Origin: Patescibacteria group bacterium
Lineage (GTDB): Bacteria > Patescibacteriota > Gracilibacteria > UBA1369
Direction: 5' to 3'
Assembly (NCBI GenBank): GCA_018825335.1
Contig: JAHJEW010000051.1
Coordinates: forward strand, 1-59,578
DNA length: 59,578 bases
How positions within the stretch are numbered: the stretch's first letter is position 1; each line of letters begins with the position of its first letter. The notes under the pieces are model-generated. The model was given only the letters and a program-made list of their open reading frames with translations. It did no database searches and had not been told where the DNA came from. Both the position numbers and the translations under genes were made by a program. Below, piece after piece: positions 32,398 to 44,500 of this stretch.

Positions 32398-35004
32398 TTA
32401 TTTATTTTTCAGCGCAGCCTGGGCCGCGGCTATTCGCGCAATCGGCACCCTGTAAGGACTAAGACTTACATAGTCCAGCCCGATTTTATGGCAGAACTCA
32501 ACGGAGGAAGGCTCTCCTCCCTGTTCACCGCAAATACCTATTTCAATATCTTTTTTAGCCTTTCTTCCAAGTTGCACGCAAGTATCCATTAGTTTCCCAA
32601 CACCTTTTTGATCGATAGCCGAGGAAGGATCACGCTCCAATACGCCGTTTTCAAGATAATAATTAAGGAACTTTCCGGAATCATCGCGTGACATCCCCCA
32701 AGTGGTTTGAGTCAGATCATTGGTTCCGAAAGAGAAAAAATCGGCGTGTTGCGCAAGTTCATCGGCTGTGAGACAGGCGCGCGGCAGCTCGATCATCGTG
32801 CCTATCCTGCACTCAAAATTCACCGCGTCCCCATATTGCTTTATCACATCCAAAATGGCCGCGCGCCCCCGCACAAGCTCATCCTCACATGCAATAAACG
32901 GCAATTCAATTTCGGGAAGAACCTTTATTCCGTCTTTTGAAACCGCGATTCCCGCCTGAATAATCGCCTTTACCTGCATTTCATAAATCTCCGGATTAGT
33001 CAGTCCAAGGCGGCTTCCTCTGTGTCCAAGCATGGGATTAATCTCATGCAGCTGATCAATCACGCGCTTTAATTTATCAATCTCCATACCCATCTCTTCC
33101 GCAAGTTCCAGAATCTGATCCTCCTTTTGCGGTAAAAACTCATGAAGCGGTGGATCCAGCAGACGAATGGTAACCGGCAGCCCATCCATTTCCCTGAAAA
33201 TACCTTCAAAATCTTTTTGCTGCATTGGTAGAATAGTTTCAAGTGCGCCCCGACGACCTTCTTCACTAATCGAAAGAATCATTTTTCGCACAGCCTTGAT
33301 TCTGTCTTCGTCAAAAAACATATGTTCGGTGCGGCAAAGTCCGATTCCTTCCGCGCCAAACTCCCGTCCCACTTTCGCGTCCAATGGAGTATCCGCGTTA
33401 ACGCGTACCTTAAGCCGTTTAATCTCGTTTGACCAGTCCAGAATCTTCTTGAAATTGTCCGTCAGCTCTGGATCGACCATTGGAACTTCACCCAAAATCA
33501 CCTCTCCTGTACTTCCATTAAGTGTAATATAATCACCCTCCTGCACCTCCAGCGGGCCAACCCGCAATACTTTATTCTTTAAATCCACGGAAATATCGTT
33601 ACACCCGGCTATACAACATTTACCCATTCCGCGCGCCACCACGGCCGCGTGGGACGTCATTCCTCCGGTCGATGTTAAAATACCCTGGGAAGCATGCATA
33701 CCGTGAATATCTTCGGGACTCGTCTCTTTGCGCACCAAAATGACTTTCTCATCGCGGTTGAACTTCCAGTCCGAAGCATCGTCCGCGGTAAAAACCACGC
33801 GGCCGCATGCAGCTCCGGGCGAGGCAGGCAAGCCCTTGGCAATAACATTTTTCTCCGCATCGGGATCAATGTCCGGATGTAAAAGTTGATTCATCCTGTT
33901 CGCGTCTATCCTGAGCAAAGCCTCATCGCGGGTAATCAAACCCTCATCCACCATGTCGCAGGCAATATTAACCTGCGCTTTGGCCGTCCGTTTGCCGCTT
34001 CTGGTCTGCAACATAAAAAGCTTGCCTTCCTGAATCGTAAACTCAATATCCTGCATATCGCGGTAATGAGCTTCCAGCTTTTCTCTTACGGCATCCAGCT
34101 CCTTATAAACCTCCGGCATCACATCATTCAATTGGGATAACTTTTGCGGAGTCCTTATCCCCGCAACAACATCCTCACCCTGCGCGTTCATTAAAAACTC
34201 TCCGTAAAATTCTTTCTCACCAGTGGATGGATTACGTGTAAATGCAACCCCCGTACCTGAAGTGCCACCCATATTCCCAAAAACCATCGCCTGTACATTC
34301 ACCGCCGTACCTTTAAGCCCGACAATATCATTTAAACGCCTGTACGTTTTTGCGCGGTCGTTATTCCACGAATCAAAAACCGCTTTAATCGCAAGCTTAA
34401 GCTGTTCCCGCGGATCATCCGGGAATCCGGCGCCAGTGCTGTCCATCACAACTTTTTTAAAAGATTCAACAAGCGCTTTCAAATCTTCCGCATCCAGATC
34501 AGTATCAAGCTTTACACCTTTTTTCTCTTTAAGTTTATCCATCTCCTCTTCAAAATTGTCATGGGCAACGCCCAAAACCACATTACCGAACATATTCACG
34601 AATCGGCGATAAGCGTCATAACAAAACCTTTCATTCCCGGTCTTTTTTAGCAGGCCCAAAACCGTTTTATCGTTCAGGCCGAGATTCAATATTGTATCCA
34701 TCATTCCCGGCATCGAAACCGCCGCACCGGACCGCACCGAAACCAAAAGTGGATTATTGTCATCTCCAAACTTGCTGCCCAGTTTTTCCTCCACCTCCTC
34801 AAGATACCGCGCCAGCTCCTCATCAAACCCACCAAAAAAACTTCCGTCTTTTAGATACTGTTCACAAGCCTCGGTAGTAATTGTAAAGCCGGGAGGAACA
34901 GGCAGATCCAGTAAAGTCATCTCGGCCAAATTAGCGCCTTTCCCACCAAGAATACTTTTCATTTCCCTGTTCCCTTCGTGAAAGGCGTAAATATATTTGG
35001 CCAT
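32398..35004 (-). CDS. ppdK: pyruvate, phosphate dikinase
   Basis: 868 aa. The phospho-His region is GGMTSHAAVVARGMG. Also CRTEHMF and the PEP-utilising C-terminal motif FFSFGTNDLTQ. Confidence 0.95.
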   Translation of the reverse strand: MAKYIYAFHEGNREMKSILGGKGANLAEMTLLDLPVPPGFTITTEACEQYLKDGSFFGGFDEELARYLEEVEEKLGSKFGDDNNPLLVSVRSGAAVSMPGMMDTILNLGLNDKTVLGLLKKTGNERFCYDAYRRFVNMFGNVVLGVAHDNFEEEMDKLKEKKGVKLDTDLDAEDLKALVESFKKVVMDSTGAGFPDDPREQLKLAIKAVFDSWNNDRAKTYRRLNDIVGLKGTAVNVQAMVFGNMGGTSGTGVAFTRNPSTGEKEFYGEFLMNAQGEDVVAGIRTPQKLSQLNDVMPEVYKELDAVREKLEAHYRDMQDIEFTIQEGKLFMLQTRSGKRTAKAQVNIACDMVDEGLITRDEALLRIDANRMNQLLHPDIDPDAEKNVIAKGLPASPGAACGRVVFTADDASDWKFNRDEKVILVRKETSPEDIHGMHASQGILTSTGGMTSHAAVVARGMGKCCIAGCNDISVDLKNKVLRVGPLEVQEGDYITLNGSTGEVILGEVPMVDPELTDNFKKILDWSNEIKRLKVRVNADTPLDAKVGREFGAEGIGLCRTEHMFFDEDRIKAVRKMILSISEEGRRGALETILPMQQKDFEGIFREMDGLPVTIRLLDPPLHEFLPQKEDQILELAEEMGMEIDKLKRVIDQLHEINPMLGHRGSRLGLTNPEIYEMQVKAIIQAGIAVSKDGIKVLPEIELPFIACEDELVRGRAAILDVIKQYGDAVNFECRIGTMIELPRACLTADELAQHADFFSFGTNDLTQTTWGMSRDDSGKFLNYYLENGVLERDPSSAIDQKGVGKLMDTCVQLGRKAKKDIEIGICGEQGGEPSSVEFCHKIGLDYVSLSPYRVPIARIAAAQAALKNK

Positions 35005-35036
35005 ATTCTGTCATAAAATCGATGACAGTATAATCA

Positions 35037-36302
35037 CTATACCGTCCCCCGCAAGATTAAAATCTCCTTAAGCCGTTCAAGCGCTACAATAAAAGCCGCC
35101 AGCCTGTATGAAGTACTATACTTTTCACTGGTCGCTTTAACTTTTTTCCATGCATTTACCATAATTTTCTTAAGCTTTTCTTCAATCTCATCGGCTTCCC
35201 AATAATAGTCCTGTTTGTTCTGCACCATCTCAAAATAACTTACGGTGACACCTCCGGCGTTGGCCAGAATATCAGGAATAATTGTAATATTTTTCTTCGC
35301 AAGGATTTCATCCGCTTCCGCCGTAATCGGCCCGTTGGCCATCTCCAGAATAAGCTTGGATTTGATTTTATCGGCATTATCTGCCGTAATTTGATTCTCC
35401 AGCGCCGCCAGAATAAGTACATCGCAATCAAGTTCCAATAGTTCCTCATTACTCACTTCCCTGCAGGAATCACCCTGTGAAGGCTGGTATTGACTGCCTC
35501 CGCACTCGGTTACGCTACCCTCTTTCACCTTACATTCCATTGTTGCCAACGCATCAAGACCGTGCGGACAATACAGTCCGCCATGAGAATCACTCACCGC
35601 CACTACCTTAAACCCTTCAGCCGCCAGAAGATTGGCAATATTACCACCGACATTACCATATCCCTGGATCGCCACAGTCGTATCCTGCGGCTTCCTGCCG
35701 CCATCTCCCAGTACTTCATGTAAGATGAAAGTGCCCCCCCTGCTGGTGGCGTCAAAACGCCCTTTACTCCCGCCGTACATTACAGGTTTTCCGGTAACCA
35801 CACCTTTTACACTCTCCTCATGCAATTTTGAAAATTCATCAGCTATCCATGCCATAACGTGTTCATCCGTATTAACGTCCGGAGCCGGCACATCCTTATC
35901 TGGCCCAATAAGTGGCTCTATCATTATCACGAAAGCCCTTGTAATACGTTCAAGTTCATTTTTTGAATATTTTGAAGGATCAAAGGTGATGCCGCCCTTC
36001 GCGCCACCCAGCGGCAATTCCACCACTGCGCACTTCATTGTCATTAACGATGCAAGGGCTTTCACTTCATCCATTGAAACATCCTGATGATATCGTATTC
36101 CACCCTTGAAAGGCCCCGCGGCATCACTGTGCTGGACGCGATAACCCGTAAAAATCTCAATTGATCCATTGTCCAGTTTGACGGGAAAATTCACCTCAAC
36201 AATACGCTGAGGTTTGCTCAGCACATTCAAAACATTTTTATCAAGCTTCACTATTTCGGCGGCCCGCTCAATCAATTTCAAAGTGTTTTCAAAAAAAGTC
36301 AT
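35037..36302 (-). CDS. gdhA: Glu/Leu/Phe/Val dehydrogenase family, glutamate dehydrogenase-like
   Basis: GPFKGGIRYH, PLGGAKGG and the Rossmann motif IQGYGNVG. 421 aa. Confidence 0.85.
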   Translation of the reverse strand: MTFFENTLKLIERAAEIVKLDKNVLNVLSKPQRIVEVNFPVKLDNGSIEIFTGYRVQHSDAAGPFKGGIRYHQDVSMDEVKALASLMTMKCAVVELPLGGAKGGITFDPSKYSKNELERITRAFVIMIEPLIGPDKDVPAPDVNTDEHVMAWIADEFSKLHEESVKGVVTGKPVMYGGSKGRFDATSRGGTFILHEVLGDGGRKPQDTTVAIQGYGNVGGNIANLLAAEGFKVVAVSDSHGGLYCPHGLDALATMECKVKEGSVTECGGSQYQPSQGDSCREVSNEELLELDCDVLILAALENQITADNADKIKSKLILEMANGPITAEADEILAKKNITIIPDILANAGGVTVSYFEMVQNKQDYYWEADEIEEKLKKIMVNAWKKVKATSEKYSTSYRLAAFIVALERLKEILILRGTV

Positions 36303-36319
36303 GAGAAGTGAGTAAAAAA

Positions 36320-37858
36320 TTATGAAGTCAAATATTCCCTGGTGACGCGGGCCGCTCTTTCAACCTTTTCCGGCGTCGTATTCACCACCGAAGCTCTCAC
36401 CATATCTCGCATGTCCGCCGATTCCCTTTCACTCTTGGCAAAAAACAAATTGGCCGGAAGAAATACAACGCCGCGCCCCGCCAGATCCAATAATTTTTGT
36501 TCCGCCGCAACTCCGCGTTTGGTGCATCCATCAATGCTGTTCATGTCAAACACGATATAATATAAATTACCCTTGTGTCGCAAACGTAATTCCGTCACAA
36601 AAACATCAACATTATGCCGCACTCCCTCAAAATATCTTTCGCGTTCCTCCTCCGCCAGAACCATGTGAGCTATTCCCAGGAACTGTGAGGGGCCGGGCAC
36701 AAAAGTTGTATGCTGAAGCTCACCGTGTGTCCCCCCGGGACCTTTTGCCTGCATTAAATAAGACTTAAAATCCAGCCCTTCCGGCAATGAACCTTTTAAA
36801 ATTTTATTCGTAATATATTCATTGGCTTTTCTGGAAATAAACATATCCCCAAAACGAAGCCCCGTGCTCCGTTCGATCTTCGATCTCGCGTCAATTCGCA
36901 CCGTCCTTTCCGGACAATAATCAACAATCGTCTTTTTTTTGGGGAAAAACGACGTATACACTTCATCAGTGATAATGAGTGCGTCATTTTTTTTCGCAAT
37001 TTCCGCAATACGCGCAAGCGCATCATCCGACAAAGAAAACCCGGTCGGATTATTTGGATCAATCAATATAATCGCTTTAAAACGCCCATCGTGATTATTT
37101 GCCAGTCCCAGAGACTCCTCAGACAGATCACCCTTAATCGGATCAATCGACAATACGAAAGACGGAATATTCTCATGAAATAGACTTAAATTATATGGCG
37201 CATAAACCGGAGAACAGATTAGTACGGCACTTTTCTCATTTATAAAATTTAGTCCCCGTACGCCCAAAGCCTTAAACACCGTGCCAATCGCGTGGGAAGC
37301 GCCATAAGTCAAAATGAAATCGTCATGATCAAGTGGAGTGGCAATAAAGGAGCGATACCAGTGTGCCAAAACCACGCGCGAAATTTCCTCCCCCTGAGGA
37401 TTCAGATAAGTACCTCCGCTGACTGCGCTGTTTAAAAAAACACCGCTTAAAACATCAAATTCATCCCATTTTATGCCGCATTCCGCGGCCATTTCACAAA
37501 TCTTCAAAATAAATTCGTCAAGATCTTTCAAGAGATCTTCGGCAACTTTCACTTTATACATGGACTTCGTAAACTCAGCTGCATCTTTCTTGATTTCTGT
37601 AAGATGCTCCCGTTTAAATCTTCCAAACCTGGTTGTCTCGTTATTAAAAAATATATCAAGATTCAGAAGATAGGAATAGAAGCGGCGCCCCCTTTCACTG
37701 GGAGTAAAGCCGTATCCGGGATCCCCCCGCGACAGATCAATCACATTCTCACTCCCGACGCTCTTGGCCGCGACTTCTTGAAGCAATGTAAAAATCGCAA
37801 AAGGATTATCCTCGGCAATCGAAAATCCCCATTCGTTTTGTGTAAGTTGTTGAGACAT
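36320..37858 (-). CDS. class I/II PLP-dependent aminotransferase (long form)
   Basis: 512 aa. DPNNPTG, and a lysine motif in the SK..(S/T)G.R.G pattern (ARSKIERSTGLRFG). Substrate not assignable. Confidence 0.75.
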   Translation of the reverse strand: MSQQLTQNEWGFSIAEDNPFAIFTLLQEVAAKSVGSENVIDLSRGDPGYGFTPSERGRRFYSYLLNLDIFFNNETTRFGRFKREHLTEIKKDAAEFTKSMYKVKVAEDLLKDLDEFILKICEMAAECGIKWDEFDVLSGVFLNSAVSGGTYLNPQGEEISRVVLAHWYRSFIATPLDHDDFILTYGASHAIGTVFKALGVRGLNFINEKSAVLICSPVYAPYNLSLFHENIPSFVLSIDPIKGDLSEESLGLANNHDGRFKAIILIDPNNPTGFSLSDDALARIAEIAKKNDALIITDEVYTSFFPKKKTIVDYCPERTVRIDARSKIERSTGLRFGDMFISRKANEYITNKILKGSLPEGLDFKSYLMQAKGPGGTHGELQHTTFVPGPSQFLGIAHMVLAEEERERYFEGVRHNVDVFVTELRLRHKGNLYYIVFDMNSIDGCTKRGVAAEQKLLDLAGRGVVFLPANLFFAKSERESADMRDMVRASVVNTTPEKVERAARVTREYLTS

Positions 37859-37863
37859 CTAAA

Positions 37864-38505
37864 CTACGTAAAAAAGGCGAAAAGCCATGCAAGCGGCCAC
37901 GGAAAATCAAGCAGATGAATCCCCATAACATAAACAATCATCTGTCCGGTAAAGCCGGCGAACAACGGAACGGTTAAATTATCATCAAGCTTATTCGTCA
38001 TCAGCTCAACCACGCTCGCAACAACCGCCATCGAGAAAAAAACGACCGGAAATTGGGGGAAAAACAAAAATCCAACCAATAAATTCATCGCAAATCCGGC
38101 TAAAAACCCTTCCAGGGTTTTACTGCCAGAAAGCCTGGTTTTTCCCCACTTGGTACCAACAAGAGCTGAAGCCAGGTCTCCGAAAACCGTAAGTAGGAGA
38201 GCCAGCAGCGCAATCCCGAAATCAAAAACGGCAAAAGCAATTATTGTCGCAATGATAAAAAAAACAGTCCCCGTAATATTATTTTGTTCCCTGCGCCGCA
38301 TGAAAGGCATCAACTGCGGAATTTTAGGCCACACTTCCAGTCTCATATATTCTATCTCCAGTAGAATCAAAAGCAGGGCTGTCAGCGCAAGAATCGCAAC
38401 CTGCCCGGACCACATATAGCGGATAACACTGTATCCAAGCAGGAGCGGCACTTCCATTAGATGGAAAAGCTTTCTAAGAATCTCTCTTTTAAACTTATGA
38501 CTCAT
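37864..38505 (-). CDS. polytopic membrane protein, CTP-dependent polyprenol/dolichol kinase or CdsA-like family
   Basis: 213 aa with about 6 TM segments. FGDLASALVGTKWGK resembles the cytidylyltransferase/polyprenol kinase signature. Confidence 0.5.
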   Translation of the reverse strand: MSHKFKREILRKLFHLMEVPLLLGYSVIRYMWSGQVAILALTALLLILLEIEYMRLEVWPKIPQLMPFMRRREQNNITGTVFFIIATIIAFAVFDFGIALLALLLTVFGDLASALVGTKWGKTRLSGSKTLEGFLAGFAMNLLVGFLFFPQFPVVFFSMAVVASVVELMTNKLDDNLTVPLFAGFTGQMIVYVMGIHLLDFPWPLAWLFAFFT

Positions 38506-38542
38506 TCAGCGCGCCAGAAATTTGGCACAAGTATAACACAAT

Positions 38543-41500
38543 TTATTCGTGCACCGTTAATATTTGACCGGCTGATCTGCCAAAAACTTCCGGGAAATAA
38601 AGTTCCTGTGCAAGCACCGGAAGATCATGGAACACTCCCGGGGTTGTGGCTCTAATATAATATTCAATTTCATAAACACCTTTCGGCAAAAAATCCGCAA
38701 AATACATCATGCGGTCATCGCGCACTTCCGAATAATTAAAATACCAGGAGCTGTCAAAGAACATGTTGCGCCTTTCCTCCTGTTGCAGAGATTGTTGCGA
38801 TGTATTCAGTCCAAAATCAATGCCCTCAAGGCCCGCCGGCAGAAAATCTTCCACCATCACATAATATCGATCCTCGGGCACCACAAGCGTAATCCTGGCC
38901 TTCAGATTATCCCCCAGTTTAACTGTGGAAAGAGGAATCTCCATTTTCTTGTCATCGGCAGTAAAATACTCATGAGTCACAACGATTCCCTCGTTGCGCG
39001 GCTCAACCTTCTCGGTCGGCAGATAATATTTCATATTGATATCCGCATACATTTTGCCGGATCCTTCCTTGGAGAAAACAACCTCATTATCCTGATTGTC
39101 GGACATTAGTTCCGAGAGAGGAATAACCAATGATTCCATGTCCGTAAGATTTTCCTTATTGAAAACCTTGCTGATTTTTTCCGTTCCGTTAACAGTCACG
39201 GTAGCGTCATAATCCGCATCCAGCTCACCGCTGGTCTTTAAATAATCAATCATGGCAATTAATGAAACCGCTGTTTCCTGTGTAGTCGAAAAGTGTCCGT
39301 CTTTCTTTTCAAGCAATAAGTTTCTCAGAATCTTGGGAATATACGGATTGTTGGAATCAACGTGGGTCAACATTTGCAGCACCAGAGCGGTTGTACGCGT
39401 ATTTGTATCGAAGAACTGCCAGATGTTATAGGACTCCTCAAAGTGCACCCCGCGCGGAGTTTCCTTGGCCAGATTAAGGATTTCATTTTTAAGATTCGTA
39501 ACTTTATCCTCGTTGCCGCCAAGAGAATCGTATGTCATTACCAGATAAGCTTTGGCAAAAATGTTCAAAACATCTTTGTATGAATAAAGATTATTGGTCA
39601 AAGCAAGATCCCCGTGACCAAGCTCGGCAAGCACAAAGAGAGCATAAGCTCGCGCATTCGCCTGATAGCGACTTTCACTATATGGCTTTATGCCTTCTTC
39701 CTTCGCAAGCTCATGTGAATTCATGTAAGACGTCAAATATTCAATGCCATGATTAATCACATTTTCATCAACGGAAAAACCGGCCTTTTTAGTCTCATTA
39801 AGAGTGTAAAGAACATAAGCCGTCAAATAAGGCGTCGGCTCACTGGTCTGCCAGATTCCCCATCCGCCATTACCATTCTGGAATTTATAAAGCAGCTGTA
39901 ATCCGGCCTGAACATTCTTTTCAAGCTCCTTTTTATCAACAAGATCGTCATCGATAATTGGCAGATCAAGAAGCTGAGAAAGAATAACATTTGGCAGTAG
40001 TGCGCTCGTGGTTTGCTCAACGCAGCCATAAGGAAACATCATTAAATATTCAAGTCCCTTGGAAATAGATCCGCTTAAAGTCGGGGCTATACTTACGCCA
40101 AGTTCACCGAAATTAACATCTGTTCCAAGCGGTAACCAGATAGTTTCAACGTGCTTAGCATTGTCGGAAATGGTCTGTGCCGTTGCCACAATTTCCGGAA
40201 AACTGAAAGGATAAATAGGCAGCTTTTGCTCCAAAATATCACCAATCTGAACATCAAATGTTGACTGAACATCAAATGTTAAAACCGCCTCCTGCCGGTT
40301 TATAACTTCAATATTCCACTCAACTTTTTTTTCCTCTCCCGATTTCAACGTAATGCGTTTTTTTACATCATCTTTAATGTTCACACCATCGGCCTGTAAG
40401 GAAACAATAAAATCCATGTCGCGATCCAGATAATTATGAACAATACCGCCAATCTTCATGGTGTCATTCATAATCAAAAATCGCGGCAATACGGGGCGTA
40501 CCAGCACATCTTTTGTAACAAGAAATTCATGTTTCTTGCTGCCAACTAACGTGTCATCGGTAATGCCAATGGCCAGTATTTCCCAAGTGGTAAGATTATC
40601 CGGAAGTTCAAAAGTAGCCTCTCCATTACCACTTGCATCGGTTTCTATAGTGGCCTCCCAGTACGCTGTATCCTTGAAAATGCCGCGTTTCTGGCGGTCG
40701 GCACCACCTCCGCCTTTAAGTCCGGCTTCAACCATTATATTCACGCGTGATAAAGCTTTTGTAAGCGTATGCGCGGTAGAAACGCCAAGCATACGTATTC
40801 GATAAAACTCATTCAATAAATCCGCGGTAACATTTTCAGTTAAAGAAAGCACACTTTTATCAACAACACTTATTGACACTTCGGCAGGTGCAGGCGCCCC
40901 CGATTGATTGGTTGTTTTAATTTTTACCGTGACTTTTTCCCGCGGCTTATATTTGTCTTTATCGGTAGTAACATCAATCTGCAGTTGCTTGGACTTATTA
41001 TCAACCTGCAACGTTGTATAGCCGATCTTAAACGCAGCAACGTTTCTTTCGTCATTTGCACCAAGTGGCGGCTCTTCCAGGCCGGCTGCGTCATTGCTGC
41101 CTTTAACCAGAACAACTGAAACAAAAACATTTGGAATGGACGCATCTGTAATCGGAACATCAATCGTTTCTGAATTGGATGAAATCTTCACAACGCGGGT
41201 ATCAAGGATTGAATTTCTTTCCTGTGTTACCAGGGCCCAGACATTTTCATAAGGCGATTTAACAAGGATTTTGGCCGTATCGCCGGACTTATATTCCGGC
41301 TTATCCGCAACCAGCTCAATTCTGTCATTGTTTTCAAGTCCCCAGTTCACAAATCCGGAAGTTGAAACATAGACCGAAGTCGCCGCGGTCACTCCGTGCC
41401 CGCGGCTATCCGTGGAAGTAACCACGGCTCTGAAATCGCCGCCGTCTTTTGGTGTGAACTCAATCGCGGCAAACCCTTTATCATTTGTAGTAAGGGATTT

Positions 41501-44500
41501 AGTTTCAACCAAAGTGTCTTCAAAACTGTTCTCGTAATAGAAACCGCCATCCACATTCTTCTTCTTTATAGTATTCCATTTCCTCTTATACAAAGCCACA
41601 TCGGCCTTTTTGCCGGCCAAAGGCATACCGATATAATCAACACTTATCACTTCTAACTTGGCCGGTTTACCCTGCTGCACTACATAATCATCATTCATGA
41701 TACCCATGTAATATTCCCCCTGATGAACGGGCAATATCAATCGATTGGAAACGGTTTGATTATTCAAATCATGAGCCGTAACCTCCACCGTATACAATTG
41801 GCTGATTTTTTTATCATTAAGATTAAAAGGCAGCTCCAAAGTATACTCACCGTTTTCATTCAGCTTCGCTTTCCCGGAAGAAACCACTTCATTGTCACCC
41901 TCACATCCCCAGAAACACAAATACCCTTCATCGGAGAAGCTGAACCATTTGGAAGCATAAATGCTCACCGAATCAAACGGAATAAAAAAGAAATAGTCCT
42001 GGCGCGTTACAGTCCAATCGATGTCGGCATTGGGCATTGGTGAGCCAAAAAAGAAAGCTCCTTTTACATCAAGCCTGGCGGTATCGCCATCGACATAATT
42101 GTCTTTATCACCTTCCAAAGTTAACTCATAGTCGGGCTTTCTGTATTCGGCAATACGGAAAGATGTATAAAAAGAGTTCAAATACTCCGGCCCGGAAGCT
42201 CCTATCAAAGTGGAGGAAATTGAGTATGAACCCGTACGCGCATTGTCGCTTAATTTAAGCTCGCCGTTATACGTTCCGTTTGAATTTAGATTCAGATCTT
42301 TTTCGTACACATTGTCCCCCTGACTGTCGGTAACAATCACATGTACGTTTTTCAGATCGGGAAGATTGAACTTTGCATCCAAATCACGCCTTACAAGCCC
42401 TTTAAAATAAACCGTATGACCGGGTCTGTATATTGGCCTGTCCGTATAAGAATAAATAAAATAATGGCTTACTTCCGGGCTAAAATCTATATTGAAATTC
42501 CACGGGGCTATGCCTTCGCTCCAGCTTGAATGAGCCAGCGTAAAATTGCCGTTGCCGCGGCCAAAAACCGTATACTCTTTATAATAATAATCACCAGGTC
42601 CATTATTGGGGAAAGCAAAAGAGGCAAGCCCATCTTTATCGGTCTTACCGGAAAAAATCTCTTCCCCGCTATTATCCAGCACGGAAATATTCAGATCCGC
42701 CATGGGGCTTCCGTCTGCAATGCCGGTCGCCCAAACCAGCAGTTTGTCCGGAGCTCTCTTAACCGCCAGTGAAACTGATGTAACAACAAAAACCTGATGC
42801 TCAACTCTTTGACGGCCGTAATAATCAACCACGCCGGGGCTCCTCAAATCAAAATAATAAATTCCCGGCTCCAGATTGTGCCCAAGCTCTTTCGCCAAAT
42901 CAATCTGAGTATGAATTGATTGATTAAACTTATTTTCAACTCGTTTGGACCAGCCCGCGAATGGCCCTTTAACTGATTCCACGGCGCCATAATTAAGATA
43001 GCCATCTGCGTACAAATCCCTGAACTCCTCATCCGATAGTTTTTTGAACCTGAAATCAAGAGTATCCGTGTTTACAGACTTAACATAATAGATAGGAGGC
43101 TTGTTAACATCCAAAATACTTATATCGCCCCCCTGAAAAAGCTGAAAATTAGGATCCAGTGCGGGAGTTTTAAATGAATATTCAAAATCGGATTCAAGTT
43201 TTTGACCGAACTGGTCCGGCTGACCTGATCTAATACCTACTTTATAGTCGGTTGAAGCATCAAAAGCATATTGAATCGAAAGAACCGTTCCGTTGCCGGA
43301 AAAACTCACGGACGGCTTAATTTTCTCGCCGATATCTTTATCGACTTTTTCAGGTGTAATCCAGACTTTATCCTCAATTCCCTCACTATCCATGGGATGA
43401 CTGAAAACGATTTCGGCCCAATAAAAACCGCCGGAATATTTTTTACCGGTATCCGGATTTATTTTCATTCCCATATCAACCCCGTTTTCCGGCGTGGTGG
43501 AAACGATACTGACTTCGCCAACAGTTTTAAACGCAACAGCCGCGGATTTAGGAAGCGTAAAAGTGCCTTCCTCTCCGCCAAAAGACACATCCACCGTAGC
43601 CAGATATAAAGATTTATAACCCAATTTTTGAGCCGGGGTAAGAATCAAAGACTTTTTCAGGTCTTCGGGACTCTTTTCTTCGTCATTAAAATTCCAATAA
43701 TCATAATCGGTAGGCTCACTTTTAATGTCCTCCTGCTTTAAATATTCCACCTTAAAGGTGATTTCTTTCCAGTCATTTCCGGGAGCAGTTTGTCCCAAAG
43801 CCTCACTGCCGGAAGAAAGCATATTATCAATATCTCCGGTTCCCTCATATTTATATAAATGGATTTTATTATTGGCATCGCCAAGTTTCATGGGCTGATT
43901 AAAATCAAGCCTGATCTTTGTATCAGGGCCGTTATAAATGCTTCCATCATAAGGAATAGTTCCAATAAGCTCCGGCTTTTGTGTTACGAATGAAAAAGAA
44001 AAATCCTGGTCCGTCGTGCCGCCGTCGGCCGCCGCGGTGCCTTTTGGAATCGTTACCTTATATTCCGTAGCGTAAAGCAGCTTTTCCGGGATAAAACTTA
44101 TTGAATCTGTCCCAAGCCATTTATATTTCCCGTTCAGGGGCGGATTAAAAATCATCTTGGGGGCGGAGGCAACACCTTCATCCAGGCTTTTAAGCGCAGT
44201 CATGGGACGATCAAATAGAACCGTAATCTTCGCATCATTGGCAATATTCTCCGAATCCGGCGCCGGATTATACAAAAGCACCTGCGGCGGCCCGATAATT
44301 TCAAAAGTTTCCTCATAATCGAACTCCATTTGCTTCTGAAACAAACTCTTGGCCTCTTTTCCTATAAAAACATCATAGCGATCACCTACGTTGAACGGAT
44401 TTTTTGGATAGAAAAGCAGTGAATTGCCGGACCAGGAAATTTTTCCGGCAACAGAAGGCTCCACATGAAAAGCCCTTTCAACCGATCCGTGATCCATCGG